Origin: Candidatus Wolfebacteria bacterium RIFCSPLOWO2_01_FULL_47_17b
GTDB taxonomy: Bacteria > Patescibacteriota > Minisyncoccia > UBA6257 > JAGOQP01
DNA length: 55,302 bases
Direction of reading: 5' to 3'
Assembly: GCA_001793865.1 (NCBI GenBank)
Contig: MGIS01000010.1
Span: forward strand, 1-55,302
Positions within the stretch are counted from its first letter, which is position 1. Each line of letters opens with the position of its first letter. The position numbers were made by a program, and so were the translations under genes. The notes under the pieces are model-generated. The model saw only the letters and a list, made by a program, of their open reading frames with translations, was not told where the DNA came from and made no database searches. Of this stretch, positions 29,581-37,336 are shown in pieces.

Positions 29581-29586
29581 AGTGAG

Positions 29587-29720
29587 TTGCGCGGACGGCA
29601 GAACACCCAGCGGTTATTGCCATTCCAGAAGTTGTCAGGGTTGCCGTTGTTGCCATTCAGCCAACGTCCATCGTCATTGCATTCGACGTTGAACACGTTG
29701 AGATTGCCATCGGAATCGGT
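29587..29720 (-). ncRNA. DGR template repeat, TR copy 1 (followed by the IMH*/spacer side)
   Basis: 134 bp; differs from the VR only at TR adenines; 12 AAY codons. Confidence 0.93.
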
Positions 29721-29963
29721 TTTATATGCGGCATCTTCCATACCTTCATAACCATCCCTTGATCCCCCGATAGGCGGACTCTCAGGATTGTATCGCATTC
29801 GGCATCTTAAATGCCTTAATGCCGCATACCAAATAACTTCATTTTTTGTTGAAGTGTCTGCATACACCACCCTATCCGAAACCGTGATCGCGGATATTCC
29901 CGATGTATGGATACTGGGTTCGGCAGCGGGAAACCGTGATCGCCCGCGTATGCGCCTAGTTCC
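29721..29963 (-). ncRNA. Structured 5' leader of the DGR template RNA (second copy at 30202-30444)
   Basis: Several stems, including TATGCGGCAT/ATGCCGCATA (29725-29734 / 29819-29828) and twin hairpins with an identical 12-nt insert. Confidence 0.6.
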
Positions 29964-29969
29964 ATTGCT

Positions 29970-29978
29970 ATTCTAGCA
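29970..29978 (-). promoter_or_regulatory. Extended -10 (TGCTAGAAT), candidate promoter of the TR/RT transcript (second copy at 30451-30459)
   Basis: Lies just downstream of the post-VR hairpin and upstream of the structured leader. Confidence 0.5.
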
Positions 29979-30067
29979 TACAAAAAGCTCCGCAACTAAG
30001 TTGCGGAGCAGGGTTAAGGACTAAGGATCTAAAAGGTTTAAGACCCTAAGTTCTTAGTTTTAATTAC

Positions 30068-30201
30068 TTGCGCGGACGGCAGAACACCCAGCGGTTATTG
30101 CCATTCCAGAAGTTGTCAGGGTTGCCGTTGTTGCCATTCAGCCAACGTCCATCGTCATTGCATTCGACGTTGAACACGTTGAGATTGCCATCGGAATCGG
30201 T
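30068..30201 (-). ncRNA. DGR template repeat, TR copy 2 (TR sequence with a VR-type 3' flank)
   Basis: Identical to TR1, but followed by ...CGCAAGTAA and the post-VR hairpin. Confidence 0.8.
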
Positions 30202-30467
30202 TTTATATGCGGCATCTTCCATACCTTCATAACCATCCCTTGATCCCCCGATAGGCGGACTCTCAGGATTGTATCGCATTCGGCATCTTAAATGCCTTAA
30301 TGCCGCATACCAAATAACTTCATTTTTTGTTGAAGTGTCTGCATACACCACCCTATCCGAAACCGTGATCGCGGATATTCCCGATGTATGGATACTGGGT
30401 TCGGCAGCGGGAAACCGTGATCGCCCGCGTATGCGCCTAGTTCCATTGCTATTCTAGCATACAAAAA

Positions 30468-30490
30468 GCTCCGCAACTAAGTTGCGGAGC
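30468..30490 (-). terminator. Post-VR hairpin: intrinsic terminator and/or DGR cruciform (duplicate at 29987-30009)
   Basis: GCTCCGCAAC-TTA-GTTGCGGAGC then TTTTTG, about 55 nt after the target stop. Confidence 0.7.
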
Positions 30491-30544
30491 AGGGTTAAGG
30501 ACTAAGGATCTAAAAGGTTTAAGACCCTAAGTTCTTAGTTTTAA

Positions 30545-31174
30545 TTACTTGCGCGGACGGCAGAACACCCAGCGGTAATCGCCACCCCAGAAGTAGTCAG
30601 GGTTGCCGTAGTTGCCATTCAGCCAACGACCATCGTCATTGCATTCGACGTCGAACACGTAGAGAGTGCCATCGGAATCGGTAATGGGCTCCATGGCTAC
30701 GAGAAGCCATTCTCCGAGAGGTTGATCCGGATACTGCAATCTGAGCTGTGGACCGACTTCTGCTGGACAGAATTCCAGACCGAGCTGTAGCGCACGATCA
30801 TAGATATCTTTGCGAGTTGCTCCCTTTTTGAAACCGAGTTCAGCAACGGATATATTCACTAGATCAATCTCTTCCTTGATTTCCGCGGTTTTGAATTCTG
30901 GTTTGCCTAGAATATCATTTCCCCAATCACCGATTTTACAACCTGCTTTTTTGAGAGCTTTTCTGAAATCGTCAGCGGTTTTGATACCCGTGCCGATTTT
31001 TATGGTTTTCCAGATTTTGAGTTCGGGAATATTCGGTTTTATGATCCACTCGCCGGAATTAACCAATCGAACTGCCTCGTTCGGATCTTCCGATCCTGTT
31101 TGAGACATAATGTTTTTTACCAGGGCATTTAATTTTCCCGGCAATACATCGGCAATAACAAACTCGTTTTTCAT
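30545..31174 (-). CDS. DGR target protein with C-terminal variable region (probable C-type-lectin-like fold)
   Basis: C-terminal 44 aa match the TR translation with Asn replaced by T/Y/D/G; AAGGAG SD; no signal peptide. Confidence 0.92.
   Translation of the reverse strand: MKNEFVIADVLPGKLNALVKNIMSQTGSEDPNEAVRLVNSGEWIIKPNIPELKIWKTIKIGTGIKTADDFRKALKKAGCKIGDWGNDILGKPEFKTAEIKEEIDLVNISVAELGFKKGATRKDIYDRALQLGLEFCPAEVGPQLRLQYPDQPLGEWLLVAMEPITDSDGTLYVFDVECNDDGRWLNGNYGNPDYFWGGDYRWVFCRPRK
30549..30682 (-). repeat. DGR variable repeat (VR)
   Basis: 124/134 identical to TR; all 10 mismatches are at TR adenines. Confidence 0.95.
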
Positions 31175-31270
31175 TTCTAACTCCTTTCCGCTCAGTTGCG
31201 GATTTTTTGTTTCCTCTCACCCGAGGCAGGTGGCTCTTTAAGCCGTTATTTTAATGTAAGGTACTCCATA

Positions 31271-31299
31271 AGTATATCACACTCGTTTCAAAATGTCAA
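31271..31299 (-). promoter_or_regulatory. Near-consensus sigma70 promoter of the DGR target gene
   Basis: TTGACA-17 nt-TATACT overlapping the ybeY 3' end. Confidence 0.7.
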
Positions 31300-31714
31300 T
31301 CTCCTTTTTCTCCATCTTTTCGGCGTCTTTCTTGGTTATATGATCATACCCGCACAGGTGCAGCAACCCATGCACCACCATGTGTTCGAGCGATTGATTA
31401 TTCTTTTTTATATAATCGGGAGCAATATATATTTCCCCCAACGAACGCCGAGGGCGTCCAAGGTTAAACTTCGGCCAAAGTGACCGAGGTTTAACCTTGG
31501 CCTCTTTCTCCACAAACGACAGCACATTTGTCGCTGTATCTTTCCCCCACGTCAGCTTGTTGATCCGCCGCATCTCCGAATTAGAAATCAGGAATACTTC
31601 AATAAAGACACTTTTTTTCTTTAACGCGCGAAAAACCGTTCGAGCGGTTTCTCGCACTCCCTTTTCCAAAGAAGCATATTTCCCCAACTGCGAAAAAACA
31701 GAAACGGAGTTCAT
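31277..31714 (-). CDS. ybeY: rRNA maturation RNase YbeY (with an in-frame palindromic insert)
   Basis: TNVLSF, LGEIYI, HGLLHLCGYDH. Confidence 0.95.
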   Translation of the reverse strand: MNSVSVFSQLGKYASLEKGVRETARTVFRALKKKSVFIEVFLISNSEMRRINKLTWGKDTATNVLSFVEKEAKVKPRSLWPKFNLGRPRRSLGEIYIAPDYIKKNNQSLEHMVVHGLLHLCGYDHITKKDAEKMEKKEIDILKRV

Positions 31715-31966
31715 CTACTGCTGGAAAACAAGCGGTCGAAGAATCCACCGCGAACCCTGTTTATGCGCTTCCACAAATTTTCTGTTCGGCCGTTTCGAAT
31801 GCTCGGCAAGCGCTATGTTGCTTTCGTTGAATTTCTTATCACCCTTGACAGTAATTACAACATACGCTCCTCTCGGAATTTTTTTATACGCACGAGGACT
31901 GCGCACCATATACGAGTCAAATTCGGTTGAAAGTTTTAAATTTTTCTTTATATATTGTTCACCCAT
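31715..31966 (-). CDS. Small hypothetical protein (DUF5647-like; possible antitoxin)
   Basis: 83 aa, KNLKLSTEFDSYM...IPRGAYVV; paired with 32000-32305. Confidence 0.5.
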   Translation of the reverse strand: MGEQYIKKNLKLSTEFDSYMVRSPRAYKKIPRGAYVVITVKGDKKFNESNIALAEHSKRPNRKFVEAHKQGSRWILRPLVFQQ

Positions 31967-31999
31967 ATTTTTGCTATATAAGACACTTTCAAAATAATT

Positions 32000-32305
32000 T
32001 TATTTCGAAAAAACAAAATTTTCTTTGATCTTCTCAAATTCGGTAGAAATATACGTTTTTGCTTCGGTAAACGCCTTATTACTATCTTTATTCAATAATA
32101 CTCTATGCTCCCTCCCATGTAAATAGTAAATATGTTTATGCGCAAAACCATGATAATTATCCACACGCATTATTGTTCTCCATTTCAAACCAAAAAGAGC
32201 ATAATATTGGACAACAAATTGGAGGACTTTCCCTCTATTGTGAACAAGACGAACATACATCTTGTCTTCACTTGTTAAATCCTGATAGTATTCAACTTTT
32301 TTCAT
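32000..32305 (-). CDS. Small hypothetical protein (R-x-D-N-x-H-G-x-x-H-x-H motif; possible toxin)
   Basis: FVVQY...WRTIMRVDNYHGFAHKH; AT-rich. Confidence 0.55.
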   Translation of the reverse strand: MKKVEYYQDLTSEDKMYVRLVHNRGKVLQFVVQYYALFGLKWRTIMRVDNYHGFAHKHIYYLHGREHRVLLNKDSNKAFTEAKTYISTEFEKIKENFVFSK

Positions 32306-32320
32306 AGACAGCCATGGAAA

Positions 32321-32770
32321 CTACCCTAATTTAGCTTTTATAAGACGGCTCACCGTCCCTCCATCCGCCTGCCCTCCGATTTTTGCCATCACTTCCTTCA
32401 TCACTTTCCCGAAATCCTTAGAGCTAACCTCGCCGATTTCTGCGAATACCTCATCTATAATAACGAGTATCTCTTCATCCGATAACTGCGGAGGCAAAAG
32501 CGTCTCAATGTATGCCGCTTCGGCTTTTTCTTTTTCGGCCATTTCTTTCCGATCTGCTTGTTCGAAAGCGAGCGCCGCTTCTTTACGCTTCTTAAGTTCT
32601 TTTTTCAGCACATCCAGAGCATCGGCATCGGTAAGATCCTGTCCTTTCCCATGCAACTCTATTTCTTTATTATGCAAAGCCGAAACAAGCATCCGTATCG
32701 TGGATGCTTGTACATCATCCTTTGCTTTCAAAGCATCTTTAAGTTGAGAACTAAGGTCGTCAAGAATCAT
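32321..32770 (-). CDS. GatB/YqeY domain protein
   Basis: LKDALKAKD...KELKKRKEA...LPPQLS...FGKVMK; follows rpsU; start moved to MILDD. Confidence 0.9.
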   Translation of the reverse strand: MILDDLSSQLKDALKAKDDVQASTIRMLVSALHNKEIELHGKGQDLTDADALDVLKKELKKRKEAALAFEQADRKEMAEKEKAEAAYIETLLPPQLSDEEILVIIDEVFAEIGEVSSKDFGKVMKEVMAKIGGQADGGTVSRLIKAKLG

Positions 32771-32976
32771 TTTCCTATTTTCTTCAAACGAGTGATTTCT
32801 GTCTTCTTCGCGCTCCGAAACAACGCCGATTGCTTTCGCGCGTGCTTGTTCTGACTCCGCGAATGAAAACGCTTTCGCTTCGCCTCCTTCAGCACCCCCG
32901 ACTGCTGCACCTTTTTGGTGAAGCGATACATGAATGCGTTGGGAGATTCTCCTTCCTTTCTTTTTATCTCTATCAT
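32767..32976 (-). CDS. rpsU: 30S ribosomal protein S21
   Basis: IEIKRKEGES...RFTKKVQQSGVLKEAKRKRFH. Confidence 0.88.
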   Translation of the reverse strand: MIEIKRKEGESPNAFMYRFTKKVQQSGVLKEAKRKRFHSRSQNKHARKQSALFRSAKKTEITRLKKIGK

Positions 32977-33374
32977 AGTAATTTTTTATACACTTCCTCA
33001 AGCGACTCCCCTCCCGGGGCATTCACCACACTATGCAGTGACCCCCCTTCATCCCCTTCGTATCGGGGCATAATATGTATGTGGAGATGTTCGATTGCCT
33101 GCCCCGACACCTTACCATGGTTGATACCGATTGTAAATCCCTGCGGCGTGAGTTTTTCCTCAAGCAGCTTTATAACGTTCCGCACCACCTGCCACAGTGG
33201 ACCGATTTCTTCGTCGGTTAATTCCAATATGGTTTCTACGTGCCGCCGTGGAAGTACGAGCACATGCCCCTTGGCGCGCGGAAACACATCCAATACCGCC
33301 ACCGCAGCAGAGTCTTCGTACACAATAAGTGCTTCCTTACGTTTTTGAATGATATCGCAAAAAAGACAAGACAT
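32973..33374 (-). CDS. HIT family hydrolase
   Basis: CLFC, GHVLVLP, HLHIHIMPR. Confidence 0.95.
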   Translation of the reverse strand: MSCLFCDIIQKRKEALIVYEDSAAVAVLDVFPRAKGHVLVLPRRHVETILELTDEEIGPLWQVVRNVIKLLEEKLTPQGFTIGINHGKVSGQAIEHLHIHIMPRYEGDEGGSLHSVVNAPGGESLEEVYKKLL

Positions 33375-33415
33375 AATGCTAATTTCGAATTTTAAATTTC
33401 GAGTTTCGATTCAAT

Positions 33416-34735
33416 TTATAATTTCTTCCTGAGTACTTCCACAATTTTTTTCATGGGCACGCTTTCTTGGTTGCCGTTCTTCATATCCCGCACGAGCGCC
33501 ATCTCTTCAAAAACTTCCCGCTGTCCAACAATGACCGCGTACGCGGCCCCCTCCTTATCCGCCGCTTTCAACTGCGCCTTAAGCGACTCTTTGGCAAACG
33601 CCTCATGCGCGGGGATGCCTGCTTCAAAAAGTTCCTCTCGCAGGCTCAACAATCGTTTCTTTGCCTGATCTCCCATATACACCAGAAACACCCGCGCGTT
33701 TACTCGCGGCGCGGGAGCAACTTCCTGCAGTTTCATCGCTTCGATAATGCGCTCAATCCCAAGCGCGGATCCCACGCCGGGCATCCTGGGTCCGCCGAGC
33801 GTCTCGGACAAATAATCGTATCCCCCTCCGCCGCCCAGCGCGATATCGGTGCCTTCGATGAACACCTCAAACACCGTACGCGTATAGTAGTCCAGACCCC
33901 GCACAAGCGTGGTATCGAGCATATACGGAACTTTCATTTCATCCAGATATTCGAGCACCTGTTTGAAGTCCCGTTTACAAACAGAACAGAGATGATCCAA
34001 AGACTGCGGCGCCTCCGCTTTATACGGAGCACACTTCTCCTGCTTGCAATCCAGCAGCCGAAGCGGATTATCTCCATATCGCTTCACGCATTCCCGGCAT
34101 ACTTTGGAAAGTTTCCCGCGATAATACTCCTTAAGTTTCTTCGTATAATTTGGCCGGCACTGCCTGCACCCGATGCTGTTTACCTTTATATGCACCTGCT
34201 TAAGCTTGGATTCGGTGCATGCCCGTAGCGACGCCTGAATGATCTGCGCGTGGTACACTGGATCGTTGCTGTTCAGCACTTCGAACCCGCACTGATAAAA
34301 CTGCCGGTATCGTCCAGCCTGCGGCTGCTCATGTCGGAACATCGGTCCCCAATAATAAAATTTTCCCGGATTAAACGTATAGGCAAGTCCGTGCTCGATG
34401 TATGCCCGCACCACGCCGGGTGTGCATTCCGGCCGAAGCGCAAGCGCGTCGCCCCCTTTGGTCCGAAGCGTATACATCTGCTTGGATACCACCTCGGATG
34501 AAAGCCCTGTCCCCCGCTCGTATAATTTGCGATCTTCCAGCATCGGTGTTTCGATCCGCTCGAATCCGTAAAAAAGAGAGATTTTTCTCACCGCCTTTTC
34601 GATCTTCTCGCGATACGCGAATTCATCGGGCAGAATGTCGTGCATGCCCTTCACCGACTGAAATCCGAACTTCCGCCCGCGTTGAACCTGCTTTTTTTCC
34701 TGCTTTTTGGGCGCGCGTGGAATCTTAATCGGCAT
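33416..34735 (-). CDS. hisS: Histidine--tRNA ligase
   Basis: LRPECT, FRHEQPQAGRYRQF, LVRGLDYY, GGGGYD, GIER. Confidence 0.97.
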   Translation of the reverse strand: MPIKIPRAPKKQEKKQVQRGRKFGFQSVKGMHDILPDEFAYREKIEKAVRKISLFYGFERIETPMLEDRKLYERGTGLSSEVVSKQMYTLRTKGGDALALRPECTPGVVRAYIEHGLAYTFNPGKFYYWGPMFRHEQPQAGRYRQFYQCGFEVLNSNDPVYHAQIIQASLRACTESKLKQVHIKVNSIGCRQCRPNYTKKLKEYYRGKLSKVCRECVKRYGDNPLRLLDCKQEKCAPYKAEAPQSLDHLCSVCKRDFKQVLEYLDEMKVPYMLDTTLVRGLDYYTRTVFEVFIEGTDIALGGGGGYDYLSETLGGPRMPGVGSALGIERIIEAMKLQEVAPAPRVNARVFLVYMGDQAKKRLLSLREELFEAGIPAHEAFAKESLKAQLKAADKEGAAYAVIVGQREVFEEMALVRDMKNGNQESVPMKKIVEVLRKKL

Positions 34736-35288
34736 ATTGTACTGCATTAAAAAATGAAACATCATCGAGCGGCCACAAGCGCAGCTTCACCAATCCTACG
34801 ATCATACTCTCTTCAAGCGGCCCCCAGAAGCGCGAGTCGTAGCTGTTGATCCGGTTATCTCCCAGCACAAAATACTGCCCATCTTTGAGCGTAATAATGA
34901 TCGGACTGCCCTGCCATTCTTGCAGGTTAAGATCGCGAAGATACGGTTCCTCAAGCTCAAGCCCCTGTGGGTGCTCATTGGAATACAAGCGAATCATATC
35001 CCCTTGTATCTCAACCCGCTCACCCGGCAATCCAATAACCCGCTTGATATAATACGTCGAACCGTCCTGCGGAGACTTAAACACCACGACGTCGCCCCGC
35101 TCGGGATTTTTGAAATGATACGAGAGTTCGTCTATCAGAAGATAATCGCCATCATAAAACGTCGGCTCCATACTCGCGCCGTTCACGATGAACGGCTGCA
35201 CCAAAAAGTACTTTATCGCCACTACCGCGATAAGCGCAATAAAAAAAACTTCAGCTATTTCCCACACCGTATACAGAAATTTTTTCAT
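34725..35288 (-). CDS. lepB: Signal peptidase I
   Basis: GASMEPT, YIKRVIGLPG, GDNRINSYDSR. Confidence 0.96.
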   Translation of the reverse strand: MKKFLYTVWEIAEVFFIALIAVVAIKYFLVQPFIVNGASMEPTFYDGDYLLIDELSYHFKNPERGDVVVFKSPQDGSTYYIKRVIGLPGERVEIQGDMIRLYSNEHPQGLELEEPYLRDLNLQEWQGSPIIITLKDGQYFVLGDNRINSYDSRFWGPLEESMIVGLVKLRLWPLDDVSFFNAVQYAD

Positions 35289-35311
35289 GAATGTGATAAT
35301 ATTACAGCACT

Positions 35312-35902
35312 ATGAAGCACCTGTCTAGTGCGTTTGACCCAGCCGGAAAGCTGTTTTTAGGGCTTGGAAATCCGACCGAAGCGTATGAGCATACCTACCA
35401 TAACATAGGAGCAATGGCGCTTTTATTCCTGTCGGGTACTACTCCAAAAGGGTTCATGCGGCCATCCCGCAAGCATTTTTTGTTCGTAGAACCCGGAGCG
35501 GGACAGAGGTTTGGCCTTGGTTTGGGAAGGCCGAACCTCGGTCCCGTTTTTGCACTTTCTGAAACTTTTATGAACGAATCAGGCATAGCGGCTCGTGAGG
35601 CGCTCGCCTACTTCAAAAAAGACGCCCAGCAGCTGGTCGTCGTACACGATGACAGCGATATGGCCGTTGGGACGTACAAGCTGACGTATAACCAGCGATC
35701 AGCGGGACACCATGGGATTGATTCCATTATTACGCATCTTAGCACCGCGGAGTTTTTTAGGCTGAAAATCGGCGTCCGCCCGCAAAAAGAACGGGTCCGC
35801 AAGAAAGCGGACGAGTTCGTGTTGAAATCGATAACTCCGACGCACAAGAGACTTTTTGACGAAACGTTCGAAAGAATCAGGCAATCGGTTTTCCCCGAAT
35901 AA
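35312..35902 (+). CDS. pth: Peptidyl-tRNA hydrolase (with an in-frame palindromic insert)
   Basis: GLGNP, HNIG, FMNESG, VHDDSD, GHHGIDS, RLKIGV. Confidence 0.93.
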   Translation: MKHLSSAFDPAGKLFLGLGNPTEAYEHTYHNIGAMALLFLSGTTPKGFMRPSRKHFLFVEPGAGQRFGLGLGRPNLGPVFALSETFMNESGIAAREALAYFKKDAQQLVVVHDDSDMAVGTYKLTYNQRSAGHHGIDSIITHLSTAEFFRLKIGVRPQKERVRKKADEFVLKSITPTHKRLFDETFERIRQSVFPE

Positions 35903-36138
35903 CCCTAACAAGAACAAGCACAATGGCGATAAAGAAAATACCCCTTTCGGGGTACTTGTTTGCAGCGCGGGCGACCGGAATTTCACCCCCGATGTTCATC
36001 GGGGTTAAAACCCTGCGGTTTTAATGTTTCCGCCACGGGACATTTACAAAATGTCCCGACCCCCAAAGATTCAAGTCCGGTGCCACACGCCTCATCAGTA
36101 AAACAAAACGCCCATATTGGGACGTTTTATTTTACCGG

Positions 36139-36212
36139 CGCGGGCGACCGGACTTGAACCGGCAACCTTCCGCGTGACAGGCGGATGCTCTAACCAATTG
36201 AGCTACACCCGC
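36139..36212 (-). tRNA. tRNA-Asp (GTC)
   Basis: GCGGGTGTAGCTCAATTGGTTAGAGCATCCGCCTGTCACGCGGA...GGTTCAAGTCC cloverleaf; CCA not encoded. Confidence 0.95.
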
Positions 36213-36285
36213 AATTACTTTCTTATAATCGCGAGTAGATTGTATACGTTTCCTTCGAATAAATCAAATTAAACATTCTCGGAAA

Positions 36286-36792
36286 TTATCTTTCTCGGAC
36301 CACAATAACCCGGCGTTTCCAGCCGTGCAAAAAGGTATCCAACGGAATTTTTTTGGAAATCTTTTCAGAATCGGTTTCCGCAGGATCGTTTACAAGTATA
36401 GCGCCGGCATCAATTCCCCACACCACGATAAGGTGTCCGCCGTTGCCTGGCATGAATTTATTATATATGGACGCGATTACCGGACCGCTTTTCAGTTCTT
36501 TTTTCAACTTTTCAAACGCGTCCTCCGAGGACTCACTAAACCAATCATACGAAACACCAAGGAATCCGAATACTTCGGCTGTCTGAGCGAGTTCTTTATG
36601 CTTCCAGCCAATGTTCGGAATATACCCATTCAAAGAAAGGCATTTTTTTAATATATCATCGGCCGTGATATTGGTATGCGGATCGAGAGCGCGAATAACC
36701 ATATAAAGAGACGCGATGCCGCACACCGAGGTATCCCAATTCGATTCATACACCAACCCATGCTGCGAAATTGGAGGAACTTTGTGATTCAT
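36286..36792 (-). CDS. Peptidase C39-like protein
   Basis: CGIASLYM, GHLIVV, NDP catalytic triad pattern. Confidence 0.8.
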   Translation of the reverse strand: MNHKVPPISQHGLVYESNWDTSVCGIASLYMVIRALDPHTNITADDILKKCLSLNGYIPNIGWKHKELAQTAEVFGFLGVSYDWFSESSEDAFEKLKKELKSGPVIASIYNKFMPGNGGHLIVVWGIDAGAILVNDPAETDSEKISKKIPLDTFLHGWKRRVIVVRER

Positions 36793-36893
36793 CCCGTTAG
36801 AAATTTCATAAATGTGAATTCATAATAATTGACGCTAATTACACTGAACATAGTGTGAACAACACCACAAAGAATTCCAAATTTCTAACGGGA
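36792..36893. repeat. About 100-bp MITE-like element with 15-bp terminal inverted repeats
   Basis: TCCCGTTAGAAATTT (36792-36806) / AAATTTCTAACGGGA (36879-36893). Confidence 0.65.
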
Positions 36894-36894
36894 C

Positions 36895-37335
36895 TCATAG
36901 AAACCTTTTTATGATTTGCGTCCTATAATTCGGATTTTGCTGCAATTCGGAAAGTTTTTGAAGCACGACTCCTCCAAGCGATTTCTTGGAATGTAAAATC
37001 GTCCCGTCTCCGCAATACATCCCCACATGACCTATATACAGCTTTCTCCCGTCGAACGATTCATCGTCATAGTATCCTTGATCGCTTCGCATAAATACAA
37101 GGTCTCCGGGCTGTATGTCCGATTCCATAACCTCATGGCCAGCAGGATCTTTTGCCTGCAAAATGCTGCTGCGAGGGATTTCAATACCGCTGTATCTGAA
37201 TAAAAACTGCATAAAGCTTGAGCAGTCAAAGCTTTGCGGATTCTCTCCTTTCATAGGAGTCGCGGCTCCGCGTTCATAGGGTATACCTATGAACTTTTTC
37301 CCGAACTTAATACGTTCTTCTATGTGTGTATGCAT
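36895..37335 (-). CDS. NlpC/P60 family peptidase
   Basis: GIPY..G, FDCSSF, PGDLVF, GHVGMY, LHS; start uncertain. Confidence 0.9.
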   Translation of the reverse strand: MHTHIEERIKFGKKFIGIPYERGAATPMKGENPQSFDCSSFMQFLFRYSGIEIPRSSILQAKDPAGHEVMESDIQPGDLVFMRSDQGYYDDESFDGRKLYIGHVGMYCGDGTILHSKKSLGGVVLQKLSELQQNPNYRTQIIKRFL

Positions 37336-37336
37336 A

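Larger units (their letters stand above)
29587..30548. repeat. Exact 481-bp tandem duplication (29587-30067 and 30068-30548)
   Basis: No mismatch seen between the copies by eye. Confidence 0.92.

Noticed and set aside
29268-29870. 200-aa minus-strand ORF across the leader, TR1 and antisense avd
   Set aside because: Composite of ncRNA leader, TR (open because it mirrors the VR) and the avd antisense strand; no coherent protein.
32321-33022. N-terminally extended ORF calls (yqeY 233 aa, pilC 473 aa, ftsA, hisS, VKOR, MntA)
   Set aside because: The extensions overlap neighbouring genes or promoters; downstream ATGs fit family lengths and the -10 spacing.
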